The notes beneath the pieces were generated by a model. The model saw only the letters and a list, made by a program, of their open reading frames with translations. It was not told the origin of the DNA and searched no databases. The position numbers and the translations under genes were made by a program. 64,000 nt of DNA, from contig CM075977.1 in the NCBI GenBank assembly GCA_038087875.1, positions 310,496,001 to 310,560,000 on the forward strand. The letters are read 5' to 3'. Numbering within the stretch: position 1 is the first letter of the stretch; each line of letters begins with the position of its first letter. Source of the stretch: Malacoraja senta. Its lineage: Eukaryota. This document shows positions 12,396 to 25,438 of this stretch, piece by piece.

Positions 12396-12624
12396 CAGAA
12401 TATTAATAGCCAGGTAATTGTCATGGAGTCTATAGTATGAGCATATTGGATATAGAATTGACTCAAAGCTGACCAATGTGTAAAAGGTTTTCAGGCTAGA
12501 AGAAAGAATACCCTGCAAATTAATTATAGCAGATAGGCCTGATTGAAGTTAGAAGTAACACATTCATGATTCCAAGTACAAGATCATGGAACTTCCTTTA
12601 AAATGTTCAGTCAGAACTGGATTA

Positions 12625-13305
12625 ATTCAAGATTCAAGAGATTCAAGAGAATTTATTGTCATGTGTCCCAGATAGGACAATGAAATTCTTACTTTGCTTC
12701 AGCACAACAGAATATAGAAGGCATGAATACAGAACAGATCAGTGTGTCCATATACCATTATATAAATATATACACACATGAATAAATAAAACAGATAAAG
12801 TGCAAATAAACAGATAATGGGCTATTAATGTTCAGAGTTTTGTTTGAGTTGAGTTCAATAGCCTGATGGCTGTGGGGAATAAGCTGTTTCTGAATCTGGA
12901 CATTGCAGTCTTCAGGCTCCTGTACCTTCTACCTGAAGGTAGCGGGGAGATGAGTGTGTGGCCAGGTTGGTGTGAGTCCTTGATGATGCTGCCAGCCTTT
13001 TTGAGGCAGCGACTGCGATAGATCCCCTCGATGGTAGGGAGGTCAGAGCCGATGATGGACTGGGCAGTGTTTACTACTTTTTGTAGTCTTTTCCGTTCCT
13101 GGGCGCTCAAGTTGCCGAACCAAGCCAAGATGCAACCGGTCAGCATGCTCTCTACTGTGCACCTGTGGAAGTTAGAGTCCTCCTTGACATACCGACTCTC
13201 CGTAATCTTCTCAGGAAGTAGAGGCGCTGATGTGCTTTCTTTATGATTGCATCAGTGTTCTCGGACCAGGAGAGATCTTCAGAGATGTGCATGCCCAGGA
13301 ATTGG
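12625..13305 (-). mobile_element. Rex1/Babar LINE 3' fragment
   Basis: LTGCILAWFGNLSAQERKRLQKVV...LPSGRRYRSL; CAATAAA plus (TCTTGAA)-type tail. Confidence 0.9.
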
Positions 13306-13934
13306 TTTAGTAAAGATTAAATAGTTATGTAATTGGGTATAGAAAAATAATAAAATCATGGTGACAATAGGTCTTGAACAAAATATAATAACATGCCCAT
13401 GATTTGTAGGATCTTTTCATATTCCAAAATTCTTAAGTCCAAAATCCCACTTGAGATGAACTACCAATAAGGCATGAACGTTAGTGTCTTTGTTAAACTT
13501 AAGGTATTCAGATATCTATCTCAAGGTCTGCAACTGTTCCACCTGGGTGCAGACTTTGATGTTAAACTGATACCACTGAATTATAAGGCAAGGGTTGGGG
13601 CACTCTGCTGTTCAACTACTATAATTAACACTACCGAGTCCCCTAGTTTAGGTAGAGTCAACAATGTTTCCATCAATGTGCAATTACAAGTAGCACAATG
13701 CAAGATGGACTTCTTCCTTTCTGGAATGTCATTTGCAATCATAAAGTTTTCATTCTTCATAAAGATTAGTTTAAGTTTTTTGGTTTAGTTGATTGTCACT
13801 TGTACCAAAATACGGTGAAAACATTTGTTGTGTGCTAACCAGTTAGCGGAAAGACAATACATGATTGCAATAGAGCCATCCACAGCGTACAGATCTATCC
13901 ACAGTGTACAAAGTCAATGACTTGATCATCCTTT

Positions 13935-14550
13935 AAAGGAATGGAATTTATTACTGAAAAGTGTGAGGTGTTGCATTTTGGGACATCGAACAAGGGCAGG
14001 ACCTACACAGTAAATGGTAGGCCTCTGGGTAGTGTTGTAGAGCAGAGGGGTCTAGGATTACAGGTGCATGGTTCCTTGAAGGTCGAGTCGCAGATAGATA
14101 AGGTGGTCACAAAGGCTTTTGGCACTTTGGCCTTCATCAGTCAAAGTATTGAGTATAGAAACTAGGAGATCATGTTGCAGTTGTATAAGACGTTGGTGAG
14201 ACCGCATTTAGAATATTGTGTTTAGTTCTGGGCACCATGTTATAGAAAAGATAGTGTCAAGCTTGAAAGGGTTCAGAAAAGAATTACGAGGATGTTGCCA
14301 TGACTAGAGGGTGTGAGCTATAGAGAGAAGTTGAGTAGGCTGGGTCTCTCTTCCAGGAGGATGAGGGGAGATCTTATAGAGGTATGCAAAATCATGAGAG
14401 GAATAGATCGGGTAGATGCACAGAGTCTTTTGCCCAGAGTAGGGGAATTGAGGACCAGAGGACATAGGTTCAAGGTGAAGGGGAAAAGATTTAATAGGAA
14501 TCCGAGGAGTAACTTTTTCATACAAAGGGTGGTGGTGTATGGAACAAGCT
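13935..14550 (+). mobile_element. CR1 LINE 3' part; host of two nested insertions, resuming at 15201-15265 and 17999-18145
   Basis: KCEVLHFG...VRPHLEYCV...RTRGHRFKV; continuous once the nested elements are removed. Confidence 0.85.
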
Positions 14551-15200
14551 TTACTCAAATCCTCTTTCATAGCAAGAGGATTTGAGTATAGGAGCAGGGA
14601 GGTTCTACTGCAGTTGTACAGGGTCTTGGTGAGACCACACCTGGAGTATTGCGTACAGTTTTGGTCTCCAAATCTGAGGACGGACATTATAGCCATAGAG
14701 GGAGTGCAGAGAAGGTTCACCAGACTGATTCCTGGGATGTCAGGACTTTCATATGAAGAAAGACTGGATAGACTTGGCTTATACTCGCTAGAATTTAGGA
14801 GATTGAGAGGGGCTCTTATAGAAACGTACAAAATTCTTATGGGGTTGGACAGGCTAGATGCAGGAAGATTGTTCCCGATGTTGGGGAAGTCCAGGACAAG
14901 GGGTCACAGCTTAAGGATAAGGGGGAAATCCTTTAAGACCGAGATGAGGAAAAACATTTTCACACAGAGAGTGGTGAATCTCTGGAACTCTCTGCCACAG
15001 AGGGTAGTTGAGGCCAGTTCATTGGCTATATTTAAGAGGGAGTTAGATGTGGCCCTTGTGGCTAAGGGGATCAGGGGGTATGGAGAGAAGGCAGGTACGG
15101 GATACTGAGTTGGATGATCAGCCATGATCATATAGAATGGCGGTGCAGGCTCGAAGGGCCGAATGGCCTACTCCTGCACCTATTTTCTATGTATCTATGT
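14551..15200 (+). mobile_element. Young 5'-truncated CR1 insertion
   Basis: Open ORF2 C-terminus [15 protein letters not shown]...GIRGYGEKAGTGY*; TSD AAGCT (14546-14550, 15201-15205); (TCTATGTA)-type tail. Confidence 0.92.
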
Positions 15201-15265
15201 AAGCTGCCAGAGGAGGTAGTTGAGGCTGGGACTATCCCATTATTTCAGAAACAGTTAGACAGGTA

Positions 15266-17998
15266 GTCAAGAGTCAAGAGTGTTTATTGTCATATGTCCC
15301 GGACGGGACAATGAAATTCTTACTTCCTGCAGCACAACAGAAAATGTGAATATGTGAACATTGTATATAACAGGAAAAAAAAGAAAATGTTCAATAAATA
15401 ACAAATATAGTGCAAATAACAATATAGTCTTTTGCAGTTCAGAGCTCATAGCTTATTCGTTGTGTTTAATAGCCTGATGGCTGTGGGGAAGTAACTGTTC
15501 CTGACTGTGGACGTTACAGACTTCTGTACCTTCTTCCTGATGGCAGTGGTGAGATAAGTGTGTGGCCAGGATGGTGTGGGTCCTTGATGATTTTGGCTGC
15601 CTTTTTGAGGCAGCGACTACAATAGATCCCTTCGACGGTGGGGAGGTCAGAGCCGGTGATGGACTGGGCAGTGGTCACAACTTTTTGTAGTCTTTTTTGT
15701 GCCTGGACGTTCAAGTTGCCGAACCAGGCCCCGATGCAACCAGTCAGAATGCTCTCTACCGTGCACCTGTAGAAGTTTAGGAGAATCCTCTTCGACATGC
15801 CGAATCTCTGTAATCTTCTCAGGAAGTATAGTCGCTGATGTGCCTTTTTTACAATTGCATCGGTGTGCTGGGTCCAGGAAAGATCTTCTGACATATGCAC
15901 GCCCAGGAATTTGAAGTTATTTACCCTCTCCACCATCGTCCCGTTGATATAAACAGGATTGTGGGTCCTCATGCTTCCCCTACTAAAGTCCACAATCAGT
16001 TCCTTGGTCTTACTGATGTTGAGAGCCAGGTTGTTGTGCTGGCACCATTTGGTCAGTCGGTCAATCTCACTTCTATACTCTGACTCGTTCCTATCTGTGA
16101 TTCGTCCAACCACAGTGGTGTTATTGGCAAACTTGATGATGTAGTTCGCACTATGACCGGCTACGCAGTCATTGGTATAGAGTAAGTAAAGCAGGGGGCT
16201 GAGCACACAGCCTTGAGCTGCTCCTGTACTAATTATTACTGAGGATGAAGTGGTTCCTCCAATTCGATCAGACTGTGGTCTGTGGATGAGGAAGTCAAGA
16301 ATCCAATTGCAGAAGGACGCGCAGAGGCCCAGTTCCGTGAGCTTGGTAACCAGCTTGGAAGGGATGATGGTATTAAACGCCAAGCTATAGTCTATAAACA
16401 ACAGCCTGACGTAGGTGTTTTTATTGTCCAAGTGGTCCAGTGCAGAGTGGAGAGCCAGTGAAATTGCATCTACCGTTGAGCTGTTGTGGCGGTAAGCGAA
16501 CTGTAGTTGGTCGAGGTTCTTTTCGAGGTAGGAGTTGATGTGCACCATTACCAACCTCTCAAAGCACTTCATCACCACAAACGTTAATGCCACTGGTCGA
16601 TAGTCATTGAGGCACGTCATCTTACTCTTCTTGGGCACCGGTATTATTGATGCCCTCTTAAAGCAGGTGGGAACCTCAGACCTCAGAGGGTTCACCCTCC
16701 TGAAGGATCTTCTGACGTCGGCCTCTGTGACTATGACTGTAATACCGTCAGGGCGAATAGGGGCTCGGGAAGGCTCATCAGTGTTCTCCCTATTGAACCG
16801 TGCATAGAACGCATTGAGCTCGTCAGGGAGTGATGTTTCGCTGTCGTTTGAGCTGCCTCCAGATTTCGCCCTGTAGGAGGTGATTGCATTCAAGCCCTGC
16901 CACAGTTGCCCAACATCCGTCTCATTCTCCAGCTTAGAGCAGAAGTCCCTTTTGGCCTTTTTGATGGCCTTACCAAGGTCGTATCTGGACTTCGTATAGA
17001 CCTCTGCATCGCCAAACCTGAATGCCCGGGATCTGGTCTTCAGAAGAATGCAGATCTCATGGTTCATCCAAGGCTTCTGGTTAGGAAACACTCTGAAGGT
17101 TTTTGTTGGAACGCAGTCCATCTGCCTGGGGTGGGATGTAGACCGCAGTCAGGATGATGGAGGTGAATTCCCTCAGTAGGTAGAAGGGACGGCACTTCAC
17201 CGCCAGGTGTTCCAGGTGTGGAGAGCAGGAGTTGGATAGGACTGCCACGTCTGAGCACCACGAAGAGTTGACTATGAGGAAGACGCCCCCTCCTCTCCCT
17301 TTCCCAGATGCCTGTGTACGGTCCATACGGTGGATGGAGAATCCTTCAGGCTGGACCATTGAGTCTGGGAAGCTGGGGGTGAGCCATGTCTCTGTGAAAC
17401 AGAACACAGAGCATTCCCTCAGCTCCCTTTGGTAAAGCAGCCTTGACCTTAAGTCCTCCACTTTGTTTTCTAGTGACTGTATGTTGGCCAGTAGGATGGT
17501 AGGGAGAGGGGTCGAAGTCCCCTGCGCTTCAGTCTTACTTGTAGTCCTACCTGACGACCACGTTTTGTACAACATGAAGCCCTCCTCGGTGTTTAAATGT
17601 ACAGTACTTGCGAGTCTCCGTGAGGTCGGGGATTCCCCTGAGAGCAGGGATTCCCTTACAGTCGGCACCTCCAGCTCCGTTGCTGCTGGGAGATCCTGCC
17701 CGATGGCCTCGATTCCAGACTCCATGAAGGCCTCCCTGGTGTTTACAGGTACCGTACCTACTGTACCTCCACGCCTCCGCGAGGTTGGGGATTCCCCTCC
17801 GATCGGGGATTCCCTTACAGTCGCTATCTTCAGGAGTTCGCAGTAGTGCTAATGCATTTAAATGCGTTAGCAGCTTGTTACTTACATCGTTGATTTCTGC
17901 AGATTCTTTGATACAGGTGAGCTCGGAAAAACTGTATTTGAAGATTTTCTGTTGTGCCGCTGGCAAAATGTCGCCACAGGTAGGCACCATCTTAGGTG
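15266..17998 (-). mobile_element. Rex1/Babar LINE with both ends present and internal deletions
   Basis: APE (LPTILLANIQSLENK, FTETWL, TAVYIPPQA) and RT (NDYRPVALT, QFAYR, GAAQGCVLSPLLY, KFANNTT); TSD CAGGTA (15260-15265, 17999-18004); 5' end AAGATGGTGCC; (CTCTTGA)n tail. Confidence 0.92.
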
Positions 17999-18284
17999 CA
18001 GGTACATGGATAGGACAGGTTTGGAGGGATGTGGACCAAGCACAAGCAGGTTGGACTAGTGTAGCTGGGACATTGTTGGCAGTGTGGGCGAGTTGGGCCG
18101 AAGGGCCTGTTTCCACATTGTATTATTCTATGACTCTCTGACTATGAATGTAAATTACCAATTATTATCATCTACCTGGAGTCCATGATTTACAAGTACT
18201 TGCATTTATCAGGCTATAGTTTATAGTTGGTCTCAGGATGCATTTATTTAGAACTTTCTCCCCTCCCACCCCACAGGAAATATC

Positions 18285-18835
18285 TGAGCTTTGTCATGAA
18301 GAGAACAAACAGATTACATACAGATTTCTCGAAGCAGTTAAATGTTATAACCATGCCCAGATGGTAACGGTCCTAAACAATGTACCAGGAACATAACAGG
18401 GATTTATAAATAGCCTTAATAAAAATATTAAAATTAGAAAGTTTTAATTTGCAATGTGGTCAGGAACCCAAAATATATTGTTTACAATCAGAACAGGGGA
18501 AATGCATTGGTTTGTTTTTTTAACAAAAGGAACGGGAAACGCACCTGCAGGTCTGAGATGCTTTCTTTAGCATCAGCTGAAGTAGAAAACAATCCAAGTA
18601 ATTTCAAGGGATTTAGTCAGGAGCACCTGGAAAAATACAGCCTGATCGGGAGAGAGAGGGAAACAGCTTGGATTCAGCAAAGGGGGTCACGCTTAACTAA
18701 TCTGTTGAAGTTTGCCGAAGATCATTCTACCACAATGAACAACTGAGATGCAGCAAAGTTGCCCACACGGAGTTACCAACATTTGACAAGGCTTAACTCA
18801 GGAGATGAATAGCCAGGGAGCTGTCATGGAGTCTG
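18285..18835 (+). mobile_element. Highly decayed CR1 RT fragment (copy 2)
   Basis: LSLASAEVE...EHLEKYSLI...RGSRLTNLLKFAED; alignable with 11575-12085. Confidence 0.6.
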
Positions 18836-18849
18836 GATTTAAAGAGAAT

Positions 18850-19630
18850 CTAGGATTCACTGCCATCAGGTTGTGCACTAGATGTGATCTTCAGCATGTT
18901 GGCAAGTTCAAGGAAAATGCATGTGGCTGCACCAATGCACAGCCGTTTTTGATCTTGCAAAATCCGTTCAACTGATGGAGGTACCCCCAGTGCTAACTCT
19001 ACACCATCCTGCAAATCCACTGGCTGTATAACAACACCATTGTCTTTCCCAAGGCGAAATAACCAAGAGTAAGGTCCCATTTGCACACTGTGGGTGAGTG
19101 GGTCAGATGGGGCCCGCAGTGGCTGTCGGTGGTGGAACTGGAGGGTGGTGGATGCAGGAGGTCGGTCGAGGACGTGCTGCCGACAACAAAGAGGGACCAC
19201 TGGGACTACATTGAACACATTGTAACTCTGACCGCGCCCTATACACGGCAACTCTTTGCGTACTTTGTGTGTGGTATGCAAAACAAAGAATTTCACTGTG
19301 ACATGTCACATGTGATAATAAAGTACCATAACTTCATTGGACAGCCCTTGACATTCATAATGGGCAACATCAGATGTCCAAAGCAGACATTCTATAGGAA
19401 TCCATGACAGAAAGTGATTGGCAGGTAGGCAAAGGCATTACTTCAAGGGCATTGACAAAGCTTCTGTGACAACATGTAACATCCTCCCTAATTTGTGTGA
19501 ATCCCTGGTTAATGGCTGCTCAAAATGGAGACGGTGCATCCGGGACGGCACTGAGACCTGGGAATCATATGCAAAAGCCCAATAAAAACAGGGTGAGAAC
19601 ACACAAGCTCCCAACCTACTCATTCCACTG
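18850..19630 (+). mobile_element. Ancient RTE (BovB-like) LINE remnant, with a short LINE 3' tail inserted at about 19090-19325
   Basis: Decayed ALDVIFS..QVQGKC...FDLAKS (cf. DMIF..RQLQEKC...DL.KAFD) and RCPKQTFY...GRQRHYFK...KAS...CNI...CESLV...SKWRRCI (RTE C-terminus). Confidence 0.65.
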
Positions 19631-19654
19631 TCTCATCAAGCACATCCTCTCCAA

Positions 19655-20390
19655 AGTCATAGAGTCATATTGCATGGAAGCAGGCCCTTCAGCTCAACTT
19701 GCCCATGCCGAACAAGCTGTCGTATCTACACCAGTCCCACCTGCCCGCATTTGGCCCATATCCCTCTAAACCTTTCCTGTCCATGTACCTGTCCAAATAT
19801 ATTTTAAATGTTGTTATAGTTCCTGCCTCAACTACCTGCTCCAGCAGCTCATTCCATATACCCACCACCCACTATGCAAAAAAGCTGACCCTCAGATTCC
19901 TATTAAATCTTTCTCCTCCCACCTTAAACCTTTGTCCTCTGGTTCTTGATTTCCCTACTTTGGGTAAAATACTCTGTGTATCTACTCTATCTATTCCCCT
20001 CATGACATTATACAGCTCTATAAGATCACCCCTCATCCTCCTGCGGTCCAAGGAATAAAGACCTAGCCTGCCCAACTTCTCCCTACAGCTCAGGCCCTCA
20101 AGTCCTAGCAATATTTTCATACATCTTCTCTGCACTCTTTCCAACTTAACAATATCTTTCCTATAGCAGGCTGATCAAACTGAACACAATACTCCAAATG
20201 TTCCCTCACCAACATCTTCTCCAATTGTAACATAACATCTCTACTATACTCAATATCCTGAGTGATGAAGGTCAATGTGCCTTCTTAACCACCTTATCTA
20301 CCTGTGAGGCCACTTTCAAGGAACTATGTATCTGCACTCATAGATCCCACTGCTCCATAACAACACTCCCTAGAGCCCTGCCCAGAGTTT
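19655..20390 (-). mobile_element. CR1 LINE 3' part
   Basis: ERVQRR...LGLYSL..RRMRGDLIE...RTRGQRFKV; (ACTCTATG)-type tail. Confidence 0.85.
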
Positions 20391-21349
20391 ACACTTCAAA
20401 TGTACAATGTTGATTGTAAAGGACATAGGAGATCCCTGAGGTTATGAAAGGTGCATAGATCTATGTTCTTTTCCCAAAGTTCACAAATGAGACAATGATA
20501 CCAAATAAACTTGTTCTGAACCTAACAATCTGGCTGAATTTGCATGACTGAATTATAATGTCATACAGCATGGAAACAGGCCATTCATACCACCATGTCC
20601 AGTTCATAAGTCATAGGAGCTGAAATAGGCCATTTGGTCCATCAAGTCTACTCCACCATTCAATCATGGCTGATCTATCTTTCCCTCTCAAGCCCATTCT
20701 CCCCATAATCCTTGACACTCTTACCAATCAAATATCTCTCAATCTCCGCCTTAAAAATACCCAATGACGTGACCACTACAATCAATTCCACTGATTCACC
20801 TCCCTCATTCCTCCTCATGTCCTTTCTGATGGTACATCCATTTACTCTAGGACCAGTCAATGTTGACCAGTGGTCACCCATCTCTATTAATTCGATCAAT
20901 CGGCATTTGGCCCTTAGTTTTCTATGCCCAGGCAATTCAAGTGTTTGTATAAACACTTCTTGAATGCTGTCAGCAACTCTGCTTCCACAAACTATGATCT
21001 CATGTCATGTACCTCAGGTACTCACCATTCTCTGCGTGCACAAGTTTCATGTTTGATGAAGGATTTGAACCTGTGGAAAATTGAATCACTTGAGTATTTA
21101 GCACACTGCTTATAGAAGTACATTCTTCTGCTGATTTATGTCCAAGCAAGGAGGGACAGGGGAAAGATTTGTCCAGCCATGGTAGAAAATGACAACAAAA
21201 GCGAAATATAGCAGATTTGTGGCAGAAGCTGCTTCAGTTTACTTCTCCTATCAATTCTAACAACGCTTCCAAACAGTGGGCATATTTAATAACTTAATAC
21301 CATGTTTTCCAGTTACACTATTCAAATCATATGAACAATTGGAAGACAA

Positions 21350-23551
21350 ATTATGAAGTTAAAGGGAAAGAGTATAGGAAAGATTAAGAAAGACACCAGA
21401 ATTAATGGGGCAGAAAGCTCACGAAGGGATAGGAGAGTATGGCCAAGTGAAATAGGAATCGATGTGAAAGGTGAGGTGAGTAATGGATTAAAAGTATTAT
21501 ATATAAATGCGTGAAGTATAAGAAGTAAAGTGGATGAGCTTGAGGCTCAATTAGAGATTGGTAAATATGACATTGTGGGGATTACAGGGACATGGCTGCA
21601 GGAGGATCGGGGCTGGGAACTGAATATTCAGGGTTATACGTCCTACAAAAAGGACAGGCAGGTGGGCAGAGGAGGTGGGGTAGCTCTGTTCGTGAGGGAT
21701 GAAATTCGGTCCCTTGCGAGGGGTGACATAGGGACTGACGATGTAGAGTCGCTGTGGATAGAATTGAGGAATTGTAAATGTAAGAAGACACTAATGGGAG
21801 TTACCTACAGGCCCCCAAACAGGAGCCTGGATATAGGGTACAAGTTGCACAGGAGTTAAAATTAGCATGTAACAAAGGTAATGCCACTGTGGTTATGGGA
21901 GATTTCAATATGCAGGTAGACTGGGAAAATCAGGTTGGTTCAGGGCCCCAAGAAAGGGAGTTTGTAAAGTGCCTCCGAGATGGATTCTTAGAGCAGTTTG
22001 TATTGGAGCCTACCAGAGCAATGGCAATTCTGGATTTAGTTTTGTCTAATGAAGCAGATTTAATAAGGGAACTCAAGATAAAGGAGGTAGTGACCGTCAT
22101 ATGTTATGTTTTAATCTGCAATTTGAGAGGGAGAAGGTTAAATTAGAATAGTCAGTGTTGCAGTTGAACAAAGGACACTATGAAGGCATGAGAGAGGAGC
22201 TGGCCAAGGTCGACTGGAAAATAATCCAAGCAGGAATGACAGCGGAACCGCAATGGCAGGAATTTCTGGGCGTAATCAAGAAGATACAGGATCATTTCAT
22301 TCCAAAGAGGAAGAAAGATTCTAAGGGGAATAAGAGGCAAACGTGGCTGACAAGGGAAGTTAAGGACGGTATAAAACTAAAAGAAAAGGTGTATAACACA
22401 GCAAAGAGTAGTGGGAAGCCAGAGGATTGGGAAACTTTCAAAGGACATCAGAAGGTAACAAAAGGGCAATACGGGGTGAAAAGATGAAGTACGAAGGTAA
22501 GCTCGCCAAGAATATAAAGAAGGATAGTAAAAGCTTCTTTAGGTATGTTAAGAGAAAAAGATTAGTAATGACAAATGTGGGTCCCTTGAAGGCAGAAACA
22601 GATTAAATTATTATGGGGAACAAGGAAATGGCAGAAGAGTTGAACAGTTACTTTGGTTCTGTCTTCACTAAGGAAGACACAAACAATTTCCCAGATGTAC
22701 GAGAGTACAGAGGATCTAGGGAGTCAGAGGAACTGAAAGAAATTTGCATTAGGCGAGAAATTGTATTGGGAAGGCTGTTAAATACCCAGGGCCTGATGTT
22801 CTGCATCCCAGGGTGCTTAAGGAGGTAGCTCTAGAAATCATGGACGCATCATTGGTGATCATTTTCCAATGTTCTGCAGATTCAAGATCAGTTCCTGTGG
22901 ATTGGAGGGTAGCTAATGATATCCTGCTTTTCAAGAAAGGAGCGAGAGAGAAAGCGGGGAATTATAGACCAGTTAGCCTGACATTGGTGGTGGGGAAGAT
23001 GCTGGAGTCAATTATTAAAGAAGTAATAATGGCGCATTTGGAGAGCAGTAAAAGGATTGGTCCAAGTCAGCATGGATTTATGAAGGAGAAATCCTGCTTA
23101 ACTAATCTTCTGGAATTTTTTTAGGGTGTGACAAGTAAAATGGATGAAGTACAGCCAGTGGATGACATCTGGACTTTCAAAAAGCCTTTGATAAGGTCCC
23201 ACGGGAGATTAGGAGGCAAAATTAGAGCACATGGTATTGGGGGTATGGTATTGACATGGATAGAGAATTGGTTGGCAGACTGACAAAAGAGTAGGAATAA
23301 ATGGGTCCCTGTCAGAATGGCAGGCAGTGGCGAGTGGAGTGCCGCAAGGCTCGGTGCTGTGGCCGCAACAATTTACAATATATATTAATGATTTAGATGA
23401 TGGAATTAAAAGTAACACTAGCAAATTTGCAGATGACACAAAGTTGGATGGCAGTGTGAACTGCGAAGAGGATGCTGGGAGGTTGCCGGATGACTTGGAC
23501 AGGTTGAGTGAATGGGCAGATGCATGGCAGATGCAGTATAATGTAGATAAA
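21350..23551 (+). mobile_element. CR1 LINE ORF2 (APE plus RT), decayed
   Basis: DIVGITGTWL, YRPPN, MGDFN, NYRPVSLT, SQHGF, SGVPQGSVL, KFADDTKL, with stops and frameshifts. Confidence 0.92.
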
Positions 23552-23552
23552 T

Positions 23553-24008
23553 GCTCAGAGTAGTGGCAGCGCGACCGACGTTGCAGCGGCCTCTGCAGTC
23601 CGTCTATCTTTTTTATTTTTTTGTCCCGTTGAATGTATAGTTTGTACTGTTTTTTTAAATTGTTTTTAACTGTGTATGTGTGGGGGGCGTGGGGGGGTGG
23701 GGGGTGGTGGGGGGAACTTTTAAATCTCTTCCCTGTACGGGGGACCCGACCTTTTCCCTGTCGGGTCTCCGTTGTCGTTGGGGCCTAGCACTGTGGAGCG
23801 GCCTCCAACCGGAACGATCTGGGGGCTCCAGTCGCGGAGCCTGCGGACCTACCATCGTGGAGCTGGCCAGCCTCGGAGCGTAGAGAGCTGTGGTGGCGTG
23901 CTGCTGCGGCCCGACTTCGGAGCTTCGGAGGCTCCAGCCGCAGGCCGGTGGACGGTGACATCGTGAGCTCGCGGGTCCCCTGGTGGGAGACCGCTTTTCA
24001 GAGCTCCC
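23553..24008 (+). repeat. GC-rich interspersed repeat running into the gap
   Basis: Abrupt junction with CR1; homologous to 355-620. Confidence 0.6.
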
Positions 24009-24208
24009 NNNNNNNNNNNNNNNNNNNNNNNNNNNNNNNNNNNNNNNNNNNNNNNNNNNNNNNNNNNNNNNNNNNNNNNNNNNNNNNNNNNNNNNNNNNN
24101 NNNNNNNNNNNNNNNNNNNNNNNNNNNNNNNNNNNNNNNNNNNNNNNNNNNNNNNNNNNNNNNNNNNNNNNNNNNNNNNNNNNNNNNNNNNNNNNNNNNN
24201 NNNNNNNN
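24009..24208. other. Assembly gap (200 N)
   Basis: Run of N of fixed length. Confidence 1.
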
Positions 24209-24255
24209 TCAAGCACTTTCGGGGACCAGACCCAACGGGTCTGCACTTGGTCTAG
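24209..24255 (+). mobile_element. Helitron 3' end
   Basis: Hairpin CAGACCC-AAC-GGGTCTG (24227-24243) then CACTTGGT-CTAG|T; same end as 30314-30360 on the minus strand. Confidence 0.75.
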
Positions 24256-25438
24256 TTATAATATAAAACTCTGATCTTGGTTGTGGATGTATTTATTTAT
24301 TTGTGTGTGGATTTGTGTGTTTTTCTGTGATTCACATCTCCTCGAAAACCCAACGCGCTAATGGTGAAATTTTTACATATTCTGGTAGAGATTTACTTCA
24401 TGATCTCGAAAATCACCTCATCTGAAAATTTGATTCATTATTTCCCGAGTTTTTTATTAAAGTTGTTAAAAGCTAATGAGCTGATGATGTCACAATGGCT
24501 CTGCTCCTCGCGGCCAGCTGCGCAGAGTTTTCAACGCGCAGCCTGCTGGGTACAGTTTTGCACGAGCTGCGAGTTACATTAACCCCCCCCAGCTCGGAGT
24601 CGACTCTCACTCGGCCGAGGGCTTCAGAGGTCCCGCAAGGTCCCGAGAGGTCCCGCAAGGTCCCGAGAGCAGCCAAGGCCTTTTGCCCGCTCGCAGTTGG
24701 CCACATCCGCGCTGCGTGCTCGCCGACTTCAGGTCTTCCCTCTGCCTCTCTCTCCACCCTCCCCCTCCTCCCTCTTCACCCCCCTCTCCCCCCTCCTTTC
24801 CCACCTCCTCCCCCCACCTCCCCCCTCTCTCTCCCCCCACTCCGCCTCTCCCCCTCCCTCCCCCTCTACCCCCTCCCCCCTCTCTCCCCCTACCCCTCTC
24901 CCCCTCCCACCCCCCTTCCCCACTCTCTCCCCCTAACCCTCTCCCCCTCCCTCCCCCCTTCCCTCCTCTCTCTCCCCCCACTCCCCCCTCTCCCCCTCTC
25001 CCCCTCCCTCCCCCTCCCCCCTCTTTCCCCCATCTCCCCCCTCTCCACCTCCCTCACCCTCCCACCCTCCCCCTCTCTACGCCTCCCCCCTTCCTCCCCT
25101 CTCCTCCCCCTGTCCCTCCTCCATCTCCCTTCTCTATCTTCTCCCCACTCTCCCCACTCTCCCCCTCTCCTCTCCCCCTCTCCTCTGCCCCTCTGCCCCC
25201 TCCATCGCCCCTCTCCACCCCTCCCCCCTCCCCTCTCTCTCCCCCCTCTCCCTCTCTCTGCCCTTTGAGATAGGGCAGGGATGGGGTAAAAGGAGCCAAT
25301 GAATAATATTAATATAATATCAAGGGGGGTGGTTAGTGTGTGTGGGAGGGGGGGGGGTGGTTAGTGTGTGTGTGGGGTGGTTAGTGTGTGTGATGCCACA
25401 GGCCGCCCTCCCCCCCCAACCCCAACCCCTTAGTCTAG
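24256..25438 (+). mobile_element. Non-autonomous Helitron with C/T-rich low-complexity core
   Basis: Starts TATAATATAAAACTCTGATCTT (cf. TATATTACTAAAAGTCTGATCTT at 48980); ends CTTAGT-CTAG|T; hairpin degenerate. Confidence 0.6.
24735..25265. repeat. Polypyrimidine (C/T) low-complexity tract
   Basis: About 530 bp of almost only C and T; source of the Pro-rich and Gly/Glu/Arg-rich pseudo-ORFs. Confidence 0.95.

Noticed and set aside
15514-17121. 535-aa ORF as a functional RT
   Set aside because: Rex1 RT with catalytic FADD changed to FANN and an internal deletion.
23655-24274. ORFs spanning N runs (also 52933-53619)
   Set aside because: Produced by the assembly gaps.
24495-25299. Proline-rich or Gly/Glu/Arg-rich ORFs
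   Set aside because: Artefacts of a C/T low-complexity tract.
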